Of a DNA stretch of 64,000 nucleotides, positions 60,814-64,000 are shown in pieces. The stretch is from the NCBI GenBank assembly GCA_963713045.1, contig CAVQKE010000001.1:192001-256000 (forward strand). The letters run 5' to 3'. Both the position numbers and the translations under genes were made by a program. Within the stretch, counting starts at the first letter, position 1. The number at the start of each line of letters is the position of its first letter. A model generated the notes under the pieces. The model ran no database searches. It was not told the origin of the DNA and saw nothing but the letters and a program-made list of their open reading frames with translations. Source of the stretch: an uncultured delta proteobacterium. Lineage in GTDB: Bacteria > Myxococcota > Myxococcia > Myxococcales > Myxococcaceae.

Positions 60814-60919
60814 CACGGCCACGGAAGGCCATTCCCCCTCGGTGATTTCTGACAACCGCAGTACCCATCGGTGACCGTTAATCGCCATGCCCCAAGTTCG
60901 AGTCCTGGTCGGGGAGCTT
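60814..60919 (+). repeat. Partial repeat D plus degenerate tRNA-Asn 3' copy (att-like junction 2)
   Basis: 60870-60919 matches 47420-47469 at 46/50; 60814-60853 matches 53603-53642 at 31/40 with the same 56-nt offset to the tRNA copy. Confidence 0.85.
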
Positions 60920-61238
60920 GCTGAGCTGGCGTGCCTGAAGTCGACGCTGGACCTGGAGTGGAAACGCGCCCCCTGAAAGTGACGCGGATCCTCTCCAACG
61001 GCTCCATCCACTCGGCTACGAAGAGTCTGCGTAAAGAACTTCGCCGCAGACGCCCTCCGATTACCCTGACCGGACCTGCGCTTGACGAGGCGGGAGCACT
61101 GCCAGCACAGTCGCGACGACAAACAGCGAGCCGCAAGGTAGCGATTGACCCGTGCCAAGTGGGGCGGGAGTCGCTTCTCCTCGGCCGCTGGATGGCTTGC
61201 ATCTTGACAGCAGCTCATTTGATTCTATGATGCCCGTG

Positions 61239-61502
61239 ATGCGAACGACGGTTACGATCGAGGCTGATGTGGCAGCCCTCCTCAAGTCCGCCATGAAGCG
61301 GACAGGGGTATCGTTCAAGGAGGCGTTAAACGACGCGCTTCGCCGCGGGCTTTCTTCCAATTCGGGTGTCGGACGGCAGCCGATGCTGCTGCCGGGCATT
61401 CCGATGCAACTGCGCCCAGGGCTAAACCTCGACAAGGCGCTGCGGCTGGCTTCGGAATTGGAAGACGAGGAACTCGAGCGCCGCCTCCAAGTCGGCAAGT
61501 AG
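61239..61502 (+). CDS. vapB: VapB-like antitoxin
   Basis: MRTTVTIEADV..LL....G.SFKEALNDALRRGL; TTGACA-N16-TATGAT just upstream. Confidence 0.82.
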   Translation: MRTTVTIEADVAALLKSAMKRTGVSFKEALNDALRRGLSSNSGVGRQPMLLPGIPMQLRPGLNLDKALRLASELEDEELERRLQVGK

Positions 61503-61506
61503 CGAC

Positions 61507-61938
61507 ATGAAGATTGTCGACGCGAACGTCCTTCTCTATGCGACGAACTCCGACGCCCCTCAGCACCAGGCGTGCCGGGTGTGGCTTGAAGCAGCCCTGA
61601 ACGGAAACGAGCCTGTCGGTTTTGAATGGACCGTCCTACTTGCGTTCCTGCGCTTGGCGACCAAGCCTCAGGTCTTTGTCTGGCCGCTCTCGCCGGCGAG
61701 GGCCTTCGAGAGAATCCGCCTTTGGCTCTCCACGCCCGCGGCGATGTTGGTGGCTCCGGGTGACAGGCATCTGGACGTGCTCGAGAGCCTGCTCGCTCCG
61801 TTGTCGACAGCTGGGAACCTGACGGCCGATGCGCACCTGGCGGCCCTGGCCTTAGAACACGGGGCCGCTGTCGTCTCGTGTGATGCGGACTTTGAGCGGT
61901 TCTCAGGAGTCGTTCGCGTCAATCCCCTGAAAGCATAG
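61507..61938 (+). CDS. vapC: VapC PIN toxin
   Basis: VDANVLLYA, FLRLAT, GNLTADAHLAALALEHG, DADFERF. Confidence 0.9.
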   Translation: MKIVDANVLLYATNSDAPQHQACRVWLEAALNGNEPVGFEWTVLLAFLRLATKPQVFVWPLSPARAFERIRLWLSTPAAMLVAPGDRHLDVLESLLAPLSTAGNLTADAHLAALALEHGAAVVSCDADFERFSGVVRVNPLKA

Positions 61939-62112
61939 CCTCCAGCGCCGCGCCTCCAGCTCCGCGGGCCAGCACCGCCGCAGCAATGCCCTCCAGCTGC
62001 GAGGAAGCGGAGCCCCTCGAGGGCGAAGAGCGCACAGCGAGCCTCGCAGGCGTTTGAAGCACCCCGGGCCGCGTGGCTGGTCCACTCGGGGACGAGGAAC
62101 GGCAGTCCCAGG

Positions 62113-62165
62113 GTGGTAACTCTATTGGAACTGCTTACCACCCCCACCCACGCCCACTGACGGCC
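62113..62165 (+). repeat. Element-end repeat, copy C
   Basis: GTGGTAACTCTATTGGAACTGCTTAC...CACCCACGCCCACTGACGGCC; first 26 nt identical to copy A. Confidence 0.85.
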
Positions 62166-62333
62166 AATTCTCCTCGACAGTCCCGTCCGCCAAGCAGAAG
62201 GGCAAGGGAGAGGCGCAAAAGCGCGTGACTCCCAGCACCGCGCGATGGTGCCATGGCCTTCGGCCTCCAGCACGCAAGAGAGCGGCTACCGTGGCCCATG
62301 CTGGACCTCGGGGCGGCCCCATTGGGGTTCGCT

Positions 62334-62648
62334 TCACGCGCACCCGGTGGCGATGCCCAGCGCGAGACAGACGTTTTTCATTTGCTGCTCGCCGAGAGAA
62401 CCGACAAAACGCCTGAGACGCGTCTTGTCCACGCTTTGCAGGGTATCGAGTTTGACCGCCGAAGGGCGCTTGAGACCCTCTTCCACGCCGACCTGAACTT
62501 CGGTCGGAAGGTCGCGAATCGTGGAGGTCACCGGGGCAACCAGGACGGTATTCGAGACTTCGATGGTCGCGTTTCGCATTAGTACGAGAACCGGTCGCAG
62601 CTTGTCGGGCTTGCGAAACTCATAGGTCCAGATCTCGCCACGGCTCAC
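62334..62648 (-). CDS. mazF: PemK/MazF toxin (alternative start 62660)
   Basis: RGEIW, K.RPVLVL, VAPVTST, EGLKRPS. Confidence 0.88.
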   Translation of the reverse strand: MSRGEIWTYEFRKPDKLRPVLVLMRNATIEVSNTVLVAPVTSTIRDLPTEVQVGVEEGLKRPSAVKLDTLQSVDKTRLRRFVGSLGEQQMKNVCLALGIATGCA

Positions 62649-62875
62649 TCGCTGGGCCACATTCCCTCTCGGTCCCAGCCTTCAAGTTCAGGATCGACTG
62701 GGGTCCTTCGGTAGCCTTCGCGAATCTGGTCGTCTATTTCGGCGCTCCGCCGCCGAGCCAGGTACTGCGCCAGTGCTCGCCGGATCACCGCCGAGCGTCC
62801 ATCCCGCTTGGCTTCGGCATTCGCATCTAAGGATTTCAGGAGGCGTTCATCGACGGTGACTTGTATAGCCTTCAT
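62645..62875 (-). CDS. RHH antitoxin of the MazF toxin
   Basis: MKAIQVTVDERLL..LD....RSAVIRRAL..YL; TGTATAT direct repeats immediately upstream. Confidence 0.82.
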   Translation of the reverse strand: MKAIQVTVDERLLKSLDANAEAKRDGRSAVIRRALAQYLARRRSAEIDDQIREGYRRTPVDPELEGWDREGMWPSE

Positions 62876-63058
62876 ATACAGAACAATATACAAGAGGCAC
62901 GCTTGAAGCGCCAGAGGGCCAGGACCCGAGCCTGAACCGATCTCGAAGTTCATCGGCTTGGACGCCCCTGCGGCGTCCTCGCGCGTGCCCAGCGCCTCGG
63001 GAAGCGCGGGGCTAGCCTGACTGGAAATGCGCGCCGCGGCCCCGCGTAAGAAGCCCCG

Positions 63059-63739
63059 ATGAGCGTCCCGAGCCACTACTCCGGTGGGTTCCGGCTGCCG
63101 CGCCACCGCCACGTGGGTGCGTATGCTGCCGTGGTGCTCTCCGGAGAGTTCGTCGAGGCCGGGGACAGGGGTCGACACCGTCTCGAAGCCGGGAATGTCG
63201 TGTTCCATCCGGCATTCGAGGCGCACCGTGACGACTTCGGGCGGCGCGGGGCCGTGGTCCTGGACATTCCGCTGGGCCGATGCCCGGCCTTCGCTACCGG
63301 CGAACTCGCCGCGCCGGATGGGGTCGTCCGTCTCGCCCGGCGGGACCCGCAGGCGGCGGCCGCGGTGCTCCTCAAGGACGTGCGGCCGGTGGAGGTGGCG
63401 CTCACCGACTGGCCGGACGTTCTCGCCCGCGCTCTGGCCGATGAACCTGTGCTCTCCCTCGCGACCTGGGCGGAGCGGAGCGGCCTCAGCGCCCAGACGT
63501 TGAGTCGCGGCTTCCGGCATGCGTACGGAACGACCCCCAAGCGGTTCCGGGCCGAGCACCGCGCGCAGCGGGCAGTCCGCGCGCTGGCCGCCTGGACGGG
63601 GACGTTGGCCGAACTCGCGGTCGAGCTCGGGTTCGCCGACCAGGCCCATCTCACGCGAGCCGTAGTATCGCTGACAGAGTGGACGCCCGGGCAACTGCGC
63701 GCGAAGTGGATACAAGACGGCAGGCGTACCCCGGGCTAG
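63059..63739 (+). CDS. AraC-family regulator
   Basis: Cupin HRH motif, LSRGFRHAYG.TP, LA..GFADQAHLTR. Confidence 0.88.
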   Translation: MSVPSHYSGGFRLPRHRHVGAYAAVVLSGEFVEAGDRGRHRLEAGNVVFHPAFEAHRDDFGRRGAVVLDIPLGRCPAFATGELAAPDGVVRLARRDPQAAAAVLLKDVRPVEVALTDWPDVLARALADEPVLSLATWAERSGLSAQTLSRGFRHAYGTTPKRFRAEHRAQRAVRALAAWTGTLAELAVELGFADQAHLTRAVVSLTEWTPGQLRAKWIQDGRRTPG

Positions 63740-63749
63740 AGGCGGAGCG

Positions 63750-64000
63750 ATGCATCGCCGAACCGTTCTCGCAGGCTCGCTCGCGCTCCTGGCATCGCAG
63801 AGCGTCCGCGCGCGCGATGGGGGAAGCCCCGCGCGCCGGACCCGCTGGTCAGTGCGGCCCTCGGAAGGCCTGGACGCGATTCTCGTTCCTCCAGCCGCTC
63901 TCGGGGCGCTCGCTTTACACCGAACCCTATGCCGAGGAGCTGAAGGCTTTCGCGCCCCGACTCCCACCGGAGGTCGGCGCCGACGTGCCGAGGCTCTGGG
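63750..64000 (+). CDS. Tat-signal-like protein, runs off the window; possible frameshift near 63880
   Basis: MHRRTVLAGSLALLA; after SEGLDAI the +1 frame (FLQPLSGRSLYTEPYAEELKAFAPRLP) reads more like coding sequence. Confidence 0.45.
   Translation, partial: MHRRTVLAGSLALLASQSVRARDGGSPARRTRWSVRPSEGLDAILVPPAALGALALHRTLCRGAEGFRAPTPTGGRRRRAEAL

Noticed and set aside
51794..62165. CRISPR array made of the ~50-bp repeats
   Set aside because: Copies are kilobases apart and degenerate, and there are no cas genes.
62876..63967. 440-aa minus-strand protein ending in the antitoxin
   Set aside because: Only the last 76 codons look like an RHH antitoxin; the rest is antisense to the AraC gene.

Overview
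GC-rich bacterial DNA, very likely myxobacterial (mglBA, Glt-like TPR/TonB cluster, MYXO-CTERM-like tail). 1-28.4 kb is core genome. It holds a GYF/TPR gene, serS, all four tRNA-Ser genes, tRNA-Arg(ACG) with tadA, and the SRP RNA. It continues with dnaX-ybaB-recR (dnaX is split over two frames at a CCC_TTT_CGC site), a probably inactive S9 peptidase homologue, mglBA, a Glt-paralogue cluster and an OPX/beta-barrel export pair. 28.5-39.0 kb is the most interesting part, an apparently accessory RiPP-like locus. It encodes an HPr-kinase-like protein, an NTP_transf_5-type nucleotidyltransferase and a surface-anchored C25 (gingipain-like) peptidase. It also encodes two PqqD/RRE domains, each fused to an internal twin-Arg signal-like segment and a six-Cys C-C-CC-C-C (knottin-like) core. 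The second copy is split by an IS1182-family element and only appears when the IS is removed in silico. 39-47.3 kb carries suhB-like, TlpA-like and peptidoglycan-recycling genes. 47.4-64 kb is an integration hotspot at tRNA-Asn, with two tRNA 3'-end copies, four copies of an element-end repeat, three toxin-antitoxin pairs, gene remnants, oxidoreductases and a phospholipase/lipase group. All family calls come from motif recognition by eye; no searches were run.
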